From Eledone cirrhosa (taxonomy: Eukaryota), in assembly GCA_964016885.1 (NCBI GenBank), contig OZ024748.1, forward strand, positions 46,686,001-46,750,000: DNA of 64,000 nt, written 5' to 3'. Made by a program: the position numbers and the translations under genes. Of the stretch, positions 16,301-34,300 are shown piece by piece. Within the stretch, counting starts at the first letter, position 1; every line of letters begins with the position of its first letter. Under the pieces are notes generated by a model. It did not search any database, was not told the origin of the DNA, and was given only the letters and a program-made list of their open reading frames with translations.

Positions 16301-19300
16301 CCCAATCCTGACTACACTGCTCTAACCACACAATCCTGACTACATTGCTCTAACACCTCCCAATCCTGACTACACTGCTCTAACCACACACAATCCTGAC
16401 TACACTGCTCAATCCTGACTACACTGCTGTAACCAACACACAATCCTGACTACACTGCTCTAACACCTCCCAATCCTGACTACACTGCTCTAACACCTCC
16501 CATCCTGACTACACTGCTCTAACCACACACAATCCTGACTACACTGCTCTTAACACCTCCCAATCCTGACTACACTGCTCTAACCACACACAATCCTGAC
16601 TACACTGCTCTGTAACACCTCCCAATCCTGACTACACTGCTGCTAACCACACACAATCCTGACTACACTGCTCTAACACCTCCAATCCTGACTAACACTG
16701 CTCTGTAACACCTCCCAATCCTGACTACACTGCTGTAACCACACACAATCCTGACTACACTGCTCTAACACCTCCCAATCCTGACTACACTGCTCTAACA
16801 CCTCCCAATCCTGACTACACTGCTCGTAAACCACACACAATCCTGACTACACTGCTCTAACACCTCCCAATCCTGACTACACTGCTGTAACCACACACAA
16901 TCCTGACTACACTGCTCTAACACCTCCCAATCCTGACTACACTGCTCTAACACCTCCCAATCCTGACTACACTGCTCTAACCACACACAATCCTGACTAC
17001 ACTGCTCGTAACACCTCCCAATCCTGACTACACTGCTGTAACCACACACAATCCTGACTACACTGCTCTAACACCTCCCAATCCTGACTACACTGCTCTA
17101 ACACCTCCCAATCCTGACTACACTGCTGTAAACCACACACAATCCTGACTACACTGCTCTAACACCTCCAATCCTGACTACACTGCTCTAACACCTCCCA
17201 ATCCTGACTACACTGCTCTAACACACACAATCCTGACTACACTGCTCTAACACCTCCCAATCCTGACTACACTGCTGTAACCACACACAATCCTGACTAC
17301 ACTGCTCTAACACCTCCCAATCCTGACTACACTGCTCTAACACCTCCCCAATCCTGACTACACTGCTCTAACCACACACAATCCTGACTACACTGCTCTA
17401 ACACCTCCCAATCCTGACTACACTGCTCGTAACCACACACAATCCTGACTACACTGCTCTAACACCTCCCAATCCTGACTACACTGCTCTAACACCTCCC
17501 AATCCTGACTACACTGCTCTAACACCTCCCAATCCTGACTACACTGCTGTAACCACACACAATCCTGACTACACTGCTCTAACACCTCCCAATCCTGACT
17601 ACACTGCTCTAACCACACACAATCCTGACTACACTGCTCTAACACCTCCCAATCCTGACTACACTGCTCGTAACCACACAATCCTGACTACACTGCTGTA
17701 ACACATCACAATCCTGACTACACTGCTGTAACCACACAATCCTGACTACACTGCTCTAACACCTCCCAATCCTGACTACACTGCTCTAACACTCTCCCAA
17801 TCCTGACTACACTGCTCTAACACCTCCCAATCCTGACTACACTGCTCTAACCACACAATCCTGACTACACTGCTGTAACAACACACAATCCTGACTACAC
17901 TGCTCTAACACCTCCCAATCCTGACTACACTGCTCTAACACCTCCCAATCCTGACTACACTGCTCTAACACCTCCCAATCCTGACTACACTGCTCTAACA
18001 CCTCCCAATCCTGACTACACTGCTCTAACCACACAATCCTGACTACACTGCTGTAACAACACACAATCCTGACTACACTGCTCTAACACCTCCCAATCCT
18101 GACTACACTGCTCTAACACCTCCCAATCCTGACTACACTGCTCTAACACCTCCCAATCCTGACTACACTGCTCTAACACCTCCCAATCCTGACTACACTG
18201 CTCTAACACCTCCCAATCCTGACTACACTGCTCTAACACCTCCCAATCCTGACTACACTGCTCTAACCACACAATCCTGACTACACTGCTGTAACAACAC
18301 ACAATCCTGACTACACTGCTCTAACACCTCCCAATCCTGACTACACTGCTCTAACACCTCCCAATCCTGACTACACTGCTCTAACACCTCCCAATCCTGA
18401 CTACACTGCTCTAACACCTCCCAATCCTGACTACACTGCTCTAACACCTCCCAATCCTGACTACACTGCTCTAACACCTCCCAATCCTGACTACACTGCT
18501 GTAACAACACACAATCCTGACTACACTGCTCTAACACCTCCCAATCCTGACTACACTGCTCTAACCACACAATCCTGACTACACTGCTGTAACAACACAC
18601 AATCCTGACTACACTGCTCTAACACCTCCCAATCCTGACTACACTGCTCTAACCACACAATCCTGACTGCACTGCTGTAACAACACACAATCCTGACTAC
18701 ACTGCTCTAACACCTCCCAATCCTGACTACACTGCTCTAACCACACAATCCTGACTACACTGCTGTAACAACACACAATCCTGACTACACTGCTCTAACA
18801 CCTCCCAATCCTGACTACACTGCTCTAACCACACAATCCTGACTACACTGCTGTAACAACACACAATCCTGACTACCCTGCTCTAACACCTCCCAATCCT
18901 GACTACACTGCTCTAACACCTCCCAATCCTGACTACACTGCTCTAACACCTCCCAATCCTGACTACACTGCTCTAACACCTCCCAATCCTGACTACACTG
19001 CTCTAACCACACAATCCTGACTACACTGCTGTAACAACACACAATCCTGACTACACTGCTCTAACACCTCCCAATCCTGACTACACTGCTCTAACCACAC
19101 AATCCTGACTACACTGCTGTAACAACACACAATCCTGACTACACTGCTCTAACACCTCCCAATCCTGACTACACTGCTCTAACACCTCCCAATCCTGACT
19201 ACACTGCTCTAACCACACAATCCTGACTACACTGCTGTAACAACACACAATCCTGACTACACTGCTGTAACAACACACAATCCTGACTACACTGCTCTAA

Positions 19301-22300
19301 CCACACAATCCTGACTACACTGCTCTAACACCTCCCAATCCTGACTACACTGCTCTAACCACACAATCCTGACTACACTGCTGTAACAACACACAATCCT
19401 GACTACACTGCTCTAACACCTCCCAATACTGACTACACTGCCCTAACCACACAATCCTGACTACACTGCTCTAACACCTCCCAATCCTGACTACACTGCT
19501 CTAACCACACAATCCTGACTACACTGCTCTAACACCTCCCAATCCTGACTACACTGCTCTAACACCTCCCAATCCTGACTACACTGCTCTAACACCTCCC
19601 AATCCTGACTACACTGCTCTAACCACACAATCCTGACTACACTGCTCTAACACCTCCCAATCCTGACTACACTGCTCTAACCACACACAATCCTGACTAC
19701 ACTGCTCTAACACCTCCCAATCCTGACTACACTGCTCTAACACCTCCCAATCCTGACTACACTGCTGTAACCACACACAATCCTGACTACAATGCTCTAA
19801 CACCTCCCAATCCTGACTACACTGCTCTAACCACACACAATCCTGACTACAATGCTCTAACCACACACAATCCTGACTACACTGCTCTAACACCTCCCAA
19901 TCCTGACTACACTGCTCTAACCACACACAATCCTGACTACACTGCTCTAACCACACACAATCCTGACTACACTGCTCTAACACCTCCCAATCCTGACTAC
20001 ACTGCTGTAACCACACACAATCCTGACTACACTGCTCTAACACCTCCCAATCCTGACTACACTGCTCTAACCACACACAATCCTGACTACAATGCTCTAA
20101 CACCTCCCAATCCTGACTACACTGCTCTAACCACACACAATCCTGTCTACACTGCTCTAACACCTCCCAATCCTGACTACACTGCTCTAACACCTCCCAA
20201 TCCTGACTACAATGCTCTAACACCTCCCAATCCTGACTACACTGCTCTAACACCTCCCAATCCTGACTACACTGCTCTAACACCTCCCAATCCTGACTAC
20301 ACTGCTGTAACACCTCCCAATCCTGACTACACTGCTCTAACACCTCCCAATCCTGACTACACTGCTGTAACCACACAATCCTGACTACACTGCTCTAACA
20401 CCTCCCAATACTGACTACACTGCTCTAACCACACAATCCTGACTTCACTGCTCTGACACCTCCCAATCCTGACTACACTGCTCTAACCACACAATCCTGA
20501 CTACACTGCTCTAACACCTCCCAATCCTGACTACACTGCTCTAACACCTCCCAATCCTGACTACACTGCTCTAACCACACAATCCTGACTACACTGCTCT
20601 AACACCTCCCAATCCTGACTACACTGCTGTAACCACACACAATCCTGACTACACTGCTCTAACACCTCCCAATCCTGACTACACTGCTCTAACACCTCCC
20701 AATCCTGACTACACTGCTCTAACCACACACAATCCTGACTACACTGCTCTAACACCTCCCAATCCTGACTACACTGCTGTAACCACACACAATCCTGACT
20801 ACACTGCTCTAACACCTCCCAATCCTGACTACACTGCTCTAACACCTCCCAATCCTGACTACACTGCTCTAACCACACACAATCCTGACTACACTGCTGT
20901 AACACCTCCCAATCCTGACTACACTGCTGTAACCACACACAATCCTGACTACACTGCTCTAACACCTCCCAATCCTGACTACACTGCTCTAACACCTCCC
21001 AATCCTGACTACACTGCTGTAACCACACACAATCCTGACTACACTGCTCTAACACCTCCCAATCCTGACTACACTGCTCTAACACCTCCCAATCCTGACT
21101 ACACTGCTCTAACCACACACAATCCTGACTACACTGCTCTAACACCTCCCAATCCTGACTACACTGCTGTAACCACACACAATCCTGACTACACTGCTCT
21201 AACACCTCCCAATCCTGACTACACTGCTCTAACACCTCCCAATCCTGACTACACTGCTCTAACCACACACAATCCTGACTACACTGCTGTAACACCTCCC
21301 AATCCTGACTACACTGCTGTAACCACACACAATCCTGACTACACTGCTCTAACACCTCCCAATCCTGACTACACTGCTCTTAACACCTCCCAATCCTGAC
21401 TACACTGCTCTAACCACACACAATCCTGACTACACTGCTGTAACACTCCCAATCCTGACTACACTGCTGTAACCACACACAATCCTGACTACACTGCTCT
21501 AACACCTCCCAATCCTGACTACACTGCTCTAACACCTCCCAATCCTGACTACACTGCTCTAACCACACACAATCCTGACTACACTGCTCTAACACCTCCC
21601 AATCCTGACTACACTGCTCTAACCACACACAATCCTGACTACACTGCTCTAACACCTCCACAATCCTGACTACACTGCTCTAACACCTCCCAATCCTGAC
21701 TACACTGCTCTAACCACACACAATCCTGACTACACTGCTCTAACACCTCCCAATCCTGACTACACTGCTCTGACCACACAATCCTGACTACACTGCTCTA
21801 ACACCTCCCAATCCTGACTACACTGCTCTAACCACACAATCCTGACTACACTGCTCTAACCACACACAATCCTGACTACACTGCTCTAACACCTCCCAAT
21901 CCTGACTACACTGCTCTAACCACACAATCCTGCCTACACTGCTCTAACACCTCCCAATCCTGACTACACTGCTCTAACCACACAATCCTGACTACACTGC
22001 TCTAACCACACAATCCTAACTACACTGCTCTAACACCTCCCAATACTGACTACACTGCTTTAACACCTCCCAATCCTGACTACACTGCTCTAACACCTCC
22101 CAATCCTGACTACACTGCTGTAACCACACAATCCTGACTACACTGCTCTAACACCTCCCCAATCCTGACTACACTGCTCTAACACCTCCAATCCTGACTA
22201 CACTGCTCTAACACCTCCCAATCCTGACTACACTGCTCTAACCACACAATCCTGACTACACTGCTGTAACAACACACAATCCTGACTACACTGCTCTAAC

Positions 22301-25300
22301 ACCTCCCAATCCTGACTACACTGCTCTAACACCTCCCAATCCTGACTACACTGCTCTAACACCTCCCAATCCTGACTACACTGCTCTAACACCTCCCAAT
22401 CCTGACTACACTGCTCTAACCACACAATCCTGACTACACTGCTCTGACACCTCCCAATCCTGACTACACTGCTCTAACCACACACAATCCTGACTACACT
22501 GCTCTAACACCTCCCAATCCTGACTACACTTCTGTAACAACACACAATCCTGACTACACTGCTCTAACACCTCCCAATCCTGACTACACTGCTCTAACAC
22601 CTCCCAATCCTGACTACACTGCTCTAACACCTCCCAATCCTGACTACACTGCTCTAACCACACAATCCTGACTACACTGCTCTAACACCTCCCAATCCTG
22701 ACTACACTGCTCTAACACCTCCCAATCCTGACTACACTGCTCTAACACCTCCCAATCCTGACTACACTGCTCTAACCACACAATCCTGACTACACTGCTG
22801 TAACAACACACAATCCTGACTACACTGCTCTAACACCTCCCAATCCTGACTACACTGCTCTAACACCTCCCAATCCTGACTACACTGCTCTAACACCTCC
22901 CAATCCTGACTACACTGCTCTAACACCTCCCAATCCTGACTACACTGCTCTAACACCTCCCAATCCTGACTACACTGCTCTAACACCTCCCAATCCTGAC
23001 TACACTGCTCTAACCACACAATCCTGACTACACTGCTGTAACAACACACAATCCTGACTACACTGCTCTAACACCTCCCAATCCTGACTACACTGCTCTA
23101 ACACCTCCCAATCCTGACTACACTGCTCTAACACCTCCCAATCCTGACTACACTGCTCTAACACCTCCCAATCCTGACTACACTGCTCTAACACCTCCCA
23201 ATCCTGACTACACTGCTCTAACACCTCCCAATCCTGACTACACTGCTCTAACCACACAATCCTGACTACACTGCTGTAACAACACACAATCCTGACTACA
23301 CTGCTCTAACACCTCCCAATCCTGACTACACTGCTCTAACCACACAATCCTGACTACACTGCTGTAACAACACACAATCCTGACTACACTGCTCTAACAC
23401 CTCCCAATCCTGACTACACTGCTCTAACCACACAATCCTGACTACACTGCTGTAACAACACACAATCCTGACTACACTGCTCTAACACCTCCCAATCCTG
23501 ACTACACTGCTCTAACCACACAATCCTGACTACACTGCTGTAACAACACACAATCCTGACTACACTGCTCTAACACCTCCCAATCCTGACTACACTGCTC
23601 TAACACCTCCCAATCCTGACTACACTGCTCTAACACCTCCCAATCCTGACTACACTGCTCTAACACCTCCCAATCCTGACTACACTGCTCTAACCACACA
23701 ATCCTGACTACACTGCTGTAACAACACACAATCCTGACTACACTGCTCTAACACCTCCCAATCCTGACTACACTGCTCTAACCACACAATCCTGACTACA
23801 CTGCTGTAACAACACACAATCCTGACTACACTGCTCTAACACCTCCCAATCCTGACTACACTGCTCTAACACCTCCCAATCCTGACTACACTGCTCTAAC
23901 CACACAATCCTGACTACACTGCTGTAACAACACACAATCCTGACTACACTGCTGTAACAACACACAATCCTGACTACACTGCTCTAACCACACAATCCTG
24001 ACTACACTGCTCTAACACCTCCCAATCCTGACTACACTGCTCTAACCACACAATCCTGACTACACTGCTGTAACAACACACAATCCTGACTACACTGCTC
24101 TAACACCTCCCAATACTGACTACACTGCCCTAACCACACAATCCTGACTACACTGCTCTAACACCTCCCAATCCTGACTACACTGCTCTAACCACACAAT
24201 CCTGACTACACTGCTCTAACACCTCCCAATCCTGACTACACTGCTCTAACACCTCCCAATCCTGACTACACTGCTCTAACACCTCCCAATCCTGACTACA
24301 CTGCTCTAACCACACAATCCTGACTACACTGCTCTAACACCTCCCAATCCTGACTACACTGCTCTAACCACACACAATCCTGACTACACTGCTCTAACAC
24401 CTCCCAATCCTGACTACACTGCTCTAACACCTCCCAATCCTGACTACACTGCTGTAACCACACACAATCCTGACTACAATGCTCTAACACCTCCCAATCC
24501 TGACTACACTGCTCTAACCACACACAATCCTGACTACACTGCTCTAACACCTCCCAATCCTGACTACACTGCTCTAACCACACACAATCCTGACTACACT
24601 GCTCTAACCACATACAATCCTGACTACACTGCTCTAACACCTCCCAATCCTGACTACACTGCTGTAACCACACACAATCCTGACTACACTGCTCTAACAC
24701 CTCCCAATCCTGACTACACTGCTCTAACCACACACAATCCTGACTACAATGCTCTAACACCTCCCAATCCTGACTACACTGCTCTAACCACACACAATCC
24801 TGTCTACACTGCTCTAACACCTCCCAATCCTGACTACACTGCTCTAACACCTCCCAATCCTGACTACAATGCTCTAACACCTCCCAATCCTGACTACACT
24901 GCTCTAACACCTCCCAATCCTGACTACACTGCTGTAACACCTCCCAATCCTGACTACACTGCTCTAACCACACACAATCCTGTCTACACTGCTCTAACAC
25001 CTCCCAATCCTGACTACACTGCTCTAACACCTCCCAATCCTGACTACACTGCTGTAACACCTCCCAATCCTGACTACACTGCTCTAACACCTCCCAATCC
25101 TGACTACACTGCTGTAACCACACAATCCTGACTACACTGCTCTAACACCTCCCAATACTGACTACACTGCTCTAACCACACAATCCTGACTTCACTGCTC
25201 TGACACCTCCCAATCCTGACTACACTGCTCTAACCACACAATCCTGACTACACTGCTCTAACACCTCCCAATCCTGACTACACTGCTCTAACACCTCCCA

Positions 25301-28300
25301 ATCCTGACTACACTGCTCTAACCACACAATCCTGACTACACTGCTCTAACACCTCCCAATCCTGACTACACTGCTCTAACCCCACCCAATCCTGACTACA
25401 CTGCTCTAACACCTCCCAATCCTGACTACACTGCTCTAACCACACACAATCCTGACTACACTGCTCTAACACCTCCCAATCCTGACTACACTGCTCTAAC
25501 ACCTCCCAATCCTGACTACACTGCTCTAACACCTCCCAATCCTGACTACACTGCTCTAATACCTCCCAATCCTGACTACACTGCTCTAACCACACAATCC
25601 TGACTACACTGCTCTAACCACACAATCCTGACTACACTGCTCTAACACCTCCCAATCCTGACTACACTGCTCTAACCACACAATCCTGACTACACTGCTC
25701 TAACACCTCCCAATCCTGACTACACTGCTCTAACACCTCCCAATCCTGACTACACTGCTCTAACACCTCCCAATCCTGACTACACTGCTCTAACCACACA
25801 ATCCTGACTACACTGCTCTAACACCTCCCAATCCTGACTACACTGCTCTAACCCCACCCAATCCTGACTACACTGCTCTAACACCTCCCAATCCTGACTA
25901 CACTGCTCTAACACCTCCCAATCCTGACTACACTGCTCTAACACCTCCCAATCCTGACTACACTGCTCTAATACCTCCCAATCCTGACTACACTGCTCTA
26001 ACCACACAATCCTGACTACACTGCTCTAACCACACAATCCTGACTACACTGCTCTAACACCTCCCAATCCTGACTACACTGCTCTAACCCCACCCAATCC
26101 TGACTACACTGCTCTAACACCTCCCAATCCTGACTACACTGCTCTAACACCTCCCAATCCTGACTACACTGCTCTGACACCTCCCAATCCTGACTACACT
26201 GCTCTAACACCTCCCAATCCTGACTACACTGCTGTAACAACACACAATGCTGACTACACTGCTCTAACACCTCCCAATCCTGACTACACTGCTCTAACCC
26301 CACCCAATCCTGACTACACTGCTCTAACACCTCCCAATCCTGACTACACTGCTGTAACAACACACAATCCTGACTACACTGCTCTAACACCTCCCAATCC
26401 TGACTACACTGCTCTAACACCTCCCAATCCTGACTACACTGCTCTAACCACACAATCCTGCCTACACTGCTCTGACACCTCCCAATCCTGACTACACTGC
26501 TCTAACACCTCCCAATCCTGACTACACTGCTCTAACCCCACCCAATCCTGCCTACACTGCTCTGACACCTCCCAATCCTGACTACACTGCTCTAACACCT
26601 CCCAATCCTGACTACACTGCTCTAACACCTCCCAATCCTGACTACACTGCTCTAACACCTCCCAATCCTGACTACACTGCTCTAACACCTCCCAATCCTG
26701 ACTACACTGCTCTAACACCTCCCAATCCTGACTACACTGCTCTAACCACACAATCCTGCCTACACTGCTGTAACAACACACAATCCTGACTACACTGCTC
26801 TAACACCTCCCAATCCTGACTACACTGCTCTAACCACACAATCCTGCCTACACTGCTGTAACAACACACAATCCTGACTACACTGCTCTAACACCTCCCA
26901 ATCCTGACTACACTGCTCTGACACCTCCCAATCCTGACTACACTGCTCTAACACCTCCCAATCCTGACTACACTGCTCTAACCCCACCCAATCCTGCCTA
27001 CACTGCTCTGACACCTCCCAATCCTGACTACACTGCTCTAACACCTCCCAATCCTGACTACACTGCTCTAACACCTCCCAATCCTGACTACACTGCTCTA
27101 ACACCTCCCAATCCTGACTACACTGCTCTAACACCTCCCAATCCTGACTACACTGCTCTAACACCTCCCAATCCTGACTACACTGCTCTGACACCTCCAA
27201 ATCCTGACTACACTGCTCTAACACCTCCCAATCCTGACTACACTGCTCTAACCACACAATCCTGACTACACTGCTCTGACACCTCCCAATCCTGACTACA
27301 CTGCTCTAACACCTCCCAATCCTGACTACACTGCTCTAACACCTCCCAATCCTGACTACACTGCTCTAACCACACAATCCTGACTACACTGCTCTGACAC
27401 CTCCCAATCCTGACTACACTGCTCTAACCACACACAATCCTGACTACACTGCTCTAACACCTCCCAATCCTGACTACACTGCTCTAACACCTCCCAATCC
27501 TGACTACACTGCTCTAATACCTCCCAATCCTGACTACACTGCTCTAACCACACAATCCTGACTACACTGCTCTGACACCTCCCAATCCTGACTACACTGC
27601 TCTAACCACACACAATCCTGACTACACTGCTCTAACCCCACCCAATCCTGACTACACTGCTCTAACACCTCCCAATCCTGACTACACTGCTCTAACCACA
27701 CACAATCCTGACTACACTGCTCTAACCCCACCCAATCCTGACTACACTGCTCTAACACCTCCCAATCCTGACTACACTGCTCTAACCACACAATCCTGAC
27801 TACACTGCTCTGACACCTCCCAATCCTGACTACACTGCTCTAACACCTCCCAATCCTGACTACACTGCTCTAACCACACAATCCTGACTACACTGCTCTG
27901 ACACCTCCCAATCCTGACTACACTGCTCTAACCACACACAATCCTGACTACACTGCTCTAACACCTCCCAATCCTGACTACACTGCTCTAACACCTCCCA
28001 ATCCTGACTACACTGCTCTAACCACACAATCCTGACTACACTGCTCTGACACCTCCCAATCCTGACTACACTGCTCTAACCACACAATCCTGACTACACT
28101 GCTCTAACCACACAATCCTGACTACACTGCTCTAACACCTCCCAATCCTGACTACACTGCTCTAACACCTCCCAATCCTGACTACACTGCTCTAACACCT
28201 CCCAATCCTGACTACACTGCTCTAATACCTCCCAATCCTGACTACACTGCTCTAATACCTCCCAATCCTGACTACACTGCTCTAACCACACAATCCTGAC

Positions 28301-31300
28301 TACACTGCTCTGACACCTCCCAATCCTGACTACACTGCTCTAACCACACACAATCCTGACTACACTGCTCTAACACCTCCCAATCCTGACTACACTGCTC
28401 TAACACCTCCCAATCCTGACTACACTGCTCTAACCACACAATCCTGACTACACTGCTCTGACACCTCCCAATCCTGACTACACTGCTCTAACCACACACA
28501 ATCCTGACTACACTGCTCTAACACCTCCCAATCCTGACTACACTGCTCTAACACCTCCCAATCCTGACTACACTGCTCTAACACCTCCCAATCCTGACTA
28601 CACTGCTCTAATACCTCCCAATCCTGACTACACTGCTCTAACCACACAATCCTGACTACACTGCTCTGACACCTCCCAATCCTGACTACACTGCTCTAAC
28701 CACACACAATCCTGACTACACTGCTCTAACACCTCCCAATCCTGACTACACTGCTCTAACACCTCCCAATCCTGACTACACTGCTCTAGCCACACAATCC
28801 TGACTACACTGCTCTGACACCTCCCAATCCTGACTACACTGCTCTAACCACACACAATCCTGACTACACTGCTCTAACACCTCCCAATCCTGACTACACT
28901 GCTCTAACACCTCCCAATCCTGACTACACTGCTCTAACACCTCCCAATCCTGACTACACTGCTCTAATACCTCCCAATCCTGACTACACTGCTCTAACCA
29001 CACAATCCTGACTACACTGCTCTAACCACACAATCCTGACTACACTGCTCTAACACCTCCCAATCCTGACTACACTGCTCTAACACCTCCCAATCCTGAC
29101 TACACTGCTCTAACCCCACCCAATCCTGACTACACTGCTCTAACACCTCCCAATCCTGACTACACTGCTCTAACCACACAATCCTGACTACACTGCTGTA
29201 ACAACACACAATCCTGACTACACTGCTCTAACACCTCCCAATCCTGACTACACTGCTCTAACACCTCCCAATCCTGACTACACTGCTCTAACCACACAAT
29301 CCTGCCTACACTGCTCTGACACCTCCCAATCCTGACTACACTGCTCTAACACCTCCCAATCCTGACTACACTGCTCTAACCCCACCCAATCCTGCCTACA
29401 CTGCTCTGACACCTCCCAATCCTGACTACACTGCTCTAACACCTCCCAATCCTGACTACACTGCTCTAACACCTCCCAATCCTGACTACACTGCTCTAAC
29501 ACCTCCCAATCCTGACTACACTGCTCTGACACCTCCAAATCCTGACTACACTGCTCTAACACCTCCCAATCCTGACTACACTGCTCTAACCACACAATCC
29601 TGACTACACTGCTCTGACACCTCCCAATCCTGACTACACTGCTCTAACACCTCCCAATCCTGACTACACTGCTCTAACACCTCCCAATCCTGACTACACT
29701 GCTCTAACCACACAATCCTGACTACACTGCTCTGACACCTCCCAATCCTGACTACACTGCTCTAACCACACACAATCCTGACTACACTGCTCTAACACCT
29801 CCCAATCCTGACTACACTGCTCTAACACCTCCCAATCCTGACTACACTGCTCTGACACCTCCAAATCCTGACTACACTGCTCTAACACCTCCCAATCCTG
29901 ACTACACTGCTCTAACCACACAATCCTGACTACACTGCTCTTAAACCTCCCAATCCTGACTACACTGCTCTGACACCTCCCAATCCTGACTACACTGCTC
30001 TAACCACACAATCCTGACTACACTGCTCTAACCACACAATCCTGACTACACTGCTCTGACACCTCCCAATCCTGACTACACTGCTCTAACCACACAATCC
30101 TGACTACACTGCTCTAACCACACAATCCTGACTACACTGCTCTGACACCTCCCAATCCTGACTACACTGCTCTAACCACACACAATCCTGACTACACTGC
30201 TCTAACACCTCCCAATCCTGACTACACTGCTCTAACACCTCCCAATCCTGACTACACTGCTCTAACACCTCCCAATCCTGACTACACTGCTGTAACACCT
30301 CCCAATCCTGACTACAATGCTCTAACACCTCCCAATCCTGACTACACTGCTCTAACACCTCCCAATCCTGAATACACTGCTGTAACACCTCCCAATCCTG
30401 ACTACACTGCTCTAACACCTCCCAATCCTGACTACACTGCTCTGACACCTCCCAATCCTGACTACACTGCTCTAACCACACAATCCTGACTACACTGCTC
30501 TAACCACACAATCCTGACTACACTGCTCTGACACCTCCCAATCCTGACTACACTGCTCTAACCACACAATCCTGACTACACTGCTCTAACACTTCCCAAT
30601 CCTGACTACACTGCTTAACAACACACAATCCTGACTACACTGCTCTAACCACACAATCCTGACTACACTGCTCTGACACCTCCCAATCCTGACTACACTG
30701 CTCTAACCACACAATCCTGACTACACTGCTCTAACACTTCCCAATCCTGACTACACTGCTCTAACACCTCCCAATCCTGACTACACTGCTCTAACCACAC
30801 ACAATCCTGACTACACTGCTCTAACACCTCCCAATCCTGACTACACTGCTGTAACAACACACAATCCTGACTACACTGCTCTAACACCTCCCAATCCTGA
30901 CTACACTGCTGTAACAACACACAATCCTGACTACACTGCTCTAACACCTCCCAATCCTGACTACACTGCTCTAACACCTCCCAATCCTGACTACACTGCT
31001 CTAACACCTCCCAATCCTGACTACACTGCTCTAACACCTCCCAATCCTGACTACACTGCTCTAACCACACAATCCTGACTACACTGCTCTGACACCTCCC
31101 AATCCTGACTACACTGCTCTAACCACACACAATCCTGACTACACTGCTCTAACACCTCCCAATCCTGACTACACTTCTGTAACAACACACAATCCTGACT
31201 ACACTGCTCTAACACCTCCCAATCCTGACTACACTGCTCTAACACCTCCCAATCCTGACTACACTGCTCTAACACCTCCCAATCCTGACTACACTGCTCT

Positions 31301-34300
31301 AACCACACAATCCTGACTACACTGCTCTGACACCTCCCAATCCTGACTACACTGCTCTAACCACACACAATCCTGACTACACTGCTCTAACACCTCCCAA
31401 TCCTGACTACACTGCTCTAACCACACAATCCTGCCTACACTGCTCTAACACCTCCCAATCCTGACTACACTGCTCTAACCACACACAATCCTGACTACAC
31501 TGCTCTAACACCTCCCAATCCTGACTACACTGCTCTAACACCTCCCAATCCTGACTACACTGCTCTAACCACACAATCCTGCCTACACTGCTCTGACACC
31601 TCCCAATCCTGCCTACACTGCTCTAACACCTCCCAATCCTGCCTACACTGCTCTAACCACACAATCCTGACTACACTGCTCTAACACCTCCCAATCCTGA
31701 CTACACTGCTGTAACACCTCCCAATCCTGACTACACTGCTCTAACAACATACAACCCTGACTACACTGCTGTAACACCTCCCAATCCTGACTACACTGCT
31801 CTAACAACACACAATCCTGACTACACTGCTCTAACCACACAATCCTGACTACACTGCTCTAACACTTCCCAATCCTGACTACACTGCTCTAACAACACAC
31901 AATCCTGACTACACTGCTCTAACCACACAATCCTGACTACACTGCTCTAACACTTCCCAATCCTGACTACACTGCTCTAACAACACACAATCCTGACTAC
32001 ACTGCTCTAATACCTCCCAATCCTGACTACACTGCTCTAACACCTCCCAATCCAGACTACACTGCTCTAACACTTCCCAATCCTGACTACACTGCTCTAA
32101 CAACACACAATCCTGACTACACTGCTCTAACCACACAATCCTGACTACACTGCTCTAACACTTCCCAATCCTGACTACACTGCTCTAACAACACACAATC
32201 CTGACTACACTGCTCTAACCACACAATCCTGACTACACTGCTCTAACACTTCCCAATCCTGACTACACTGTTCTAACAACACACAATCCTGACTACACTG
32301 ATGTAACACCACCCAATCCTGACTACACTGCTCTAACACCTCCCAATCCAGACTACACTGCTCTAACACCTCCCAATCCTGACTACACTGCTCTAATACC
32401 TCCCAATCCTGACTACACTGTTCTAACAACACACAATCCTGACTACACTGATGTAACACCACCCAATCCTGACTACACTGCTCTAACACCTCCCAATCCT
32501 GACTACACTGCTCTAACACCTCCCAATCCTGACTACACTGCTCTAACACCTCCCAATCCTGACTACACTGCTCTAACACCTCCCAATCCTGACTACACTG
32601 CTCTAACACCTCCCAATCCTGACTACACTGCTCTAACCACACAATCCTGACTACACTGCTCTAACACCTCCCAATCCTGACTACACTGCTCTAACACCTC
32701 CCAATCCAGACTACACTGCTCTAACACCTCCCAATCCAGACTACACTGCTCTAACACCTCCCAATCCTGACTACACTGCTCTAACACATCCCAATGCTGA
32801 CTACACTGCTCTAACACCTCCCAATCCTGACTACACTGCTCTAACACCTCCCAATACTGACTACACTGCTGTAACACCTCCCAATCCTGACTACACTGCT
32901 CTAACACCTCCCAATCCTGACTACACTGCTCTAACCACACAATCCTGACTACACTGCTCTAACACCTCCCAATCCTGACTACACTGCTCTAACACCTCCC
33001 AATCCAGACTACACTGCTCTAACACCTCCCAATCCAGACTACACTGCTCTAACACCTCCCAATCCTGACTACACTGCTCTAACACCTCCCAATGCTGACT
33101 ACACTGCTCTAACACCTCCCAATCCTGACTACACTGCTCTAACACCTCCCAATACTGACTACACTGCTGTAACACCTCCCAATCCTGACTACACTGCTCT
33201 AACACCTCCCAATCCTGACTACACTGCTCTAACCACACAATCCTGACTACACTGCTCTAACACCTCCCAATCCTGACTACACTGCTCTAACACCTCCCAA
33301 TCCAGACTACACTGCTCTAACACCTCCCAATCCAGACTACACTGCTCTAACACCTCCCAATCCTGACTACACTGCTCTAACACCTCCCAATGCTGACTAC
33401 ACTGCTCTAACACCTCCCAATCCTGACTACACTGCTCTAACACCTCCCAATACTGACTACACTGCTGTAACACCTCCCAATCCTGACTACACTGCTCTAA
33501 CACCTCCCAATCCTGACTACACTGCTCTAACACCTCCCAATCCTGACTACACTGCTCTAACACCTCCCAATCCTGACTACACTGCTCTAACACCTCCCAA
33601 TCCTGACTACACTGCTCTAACACCACCCAATCCTGACTACACTGCTCTAACACCTCCCAATCCTGACTACACTGCTCTAACACCTCCCAATCCTGACTAC
33701 ACTGCTCTAACACCTCCCAATCCTGACTACACTGCTCTAACCACACAATCCTGCCTACACTGCTCTAACACCTCCCAATCCTGACTACACTGCTCTAACA
33801 CTTCCCAATCCTGACTACACTGCTCTAACACCTCCCAATCCTGACTACACTGCTCTAACACCTCCCAATCCTGACTACACTGCTCTAACCACACAATCCT
33901 GACTACACTGCTGTAACACCTCCCAATCCTGACTACACTGCTTTAACACCTCCCAATCCTGACTACACTGCTCTAACCACACAATCCTGACTACACTGCT
34001 GTAACAACACACAATCCTGACTACACTGCTCTAACCACACAATCCTGACTACACTGCTCTAACCACACAATCCTGACTACACTGCTGTAACAACACACAA
34101 TCCTGACTACACTGCTCTAACCACACAATCCTGCCTACACTGCTCTAACACCTCCCAATCCTGACTACACTGCTCTAACACCTCCCAATCCTGACTACAC
34201 TGCTCTAACACCTCCCAATCCTGACTACACTGCTCTAACACCTCCCAATACTGACTACACTGCTCTAACCACACAATCCTGACTACACTGCTCTAACACC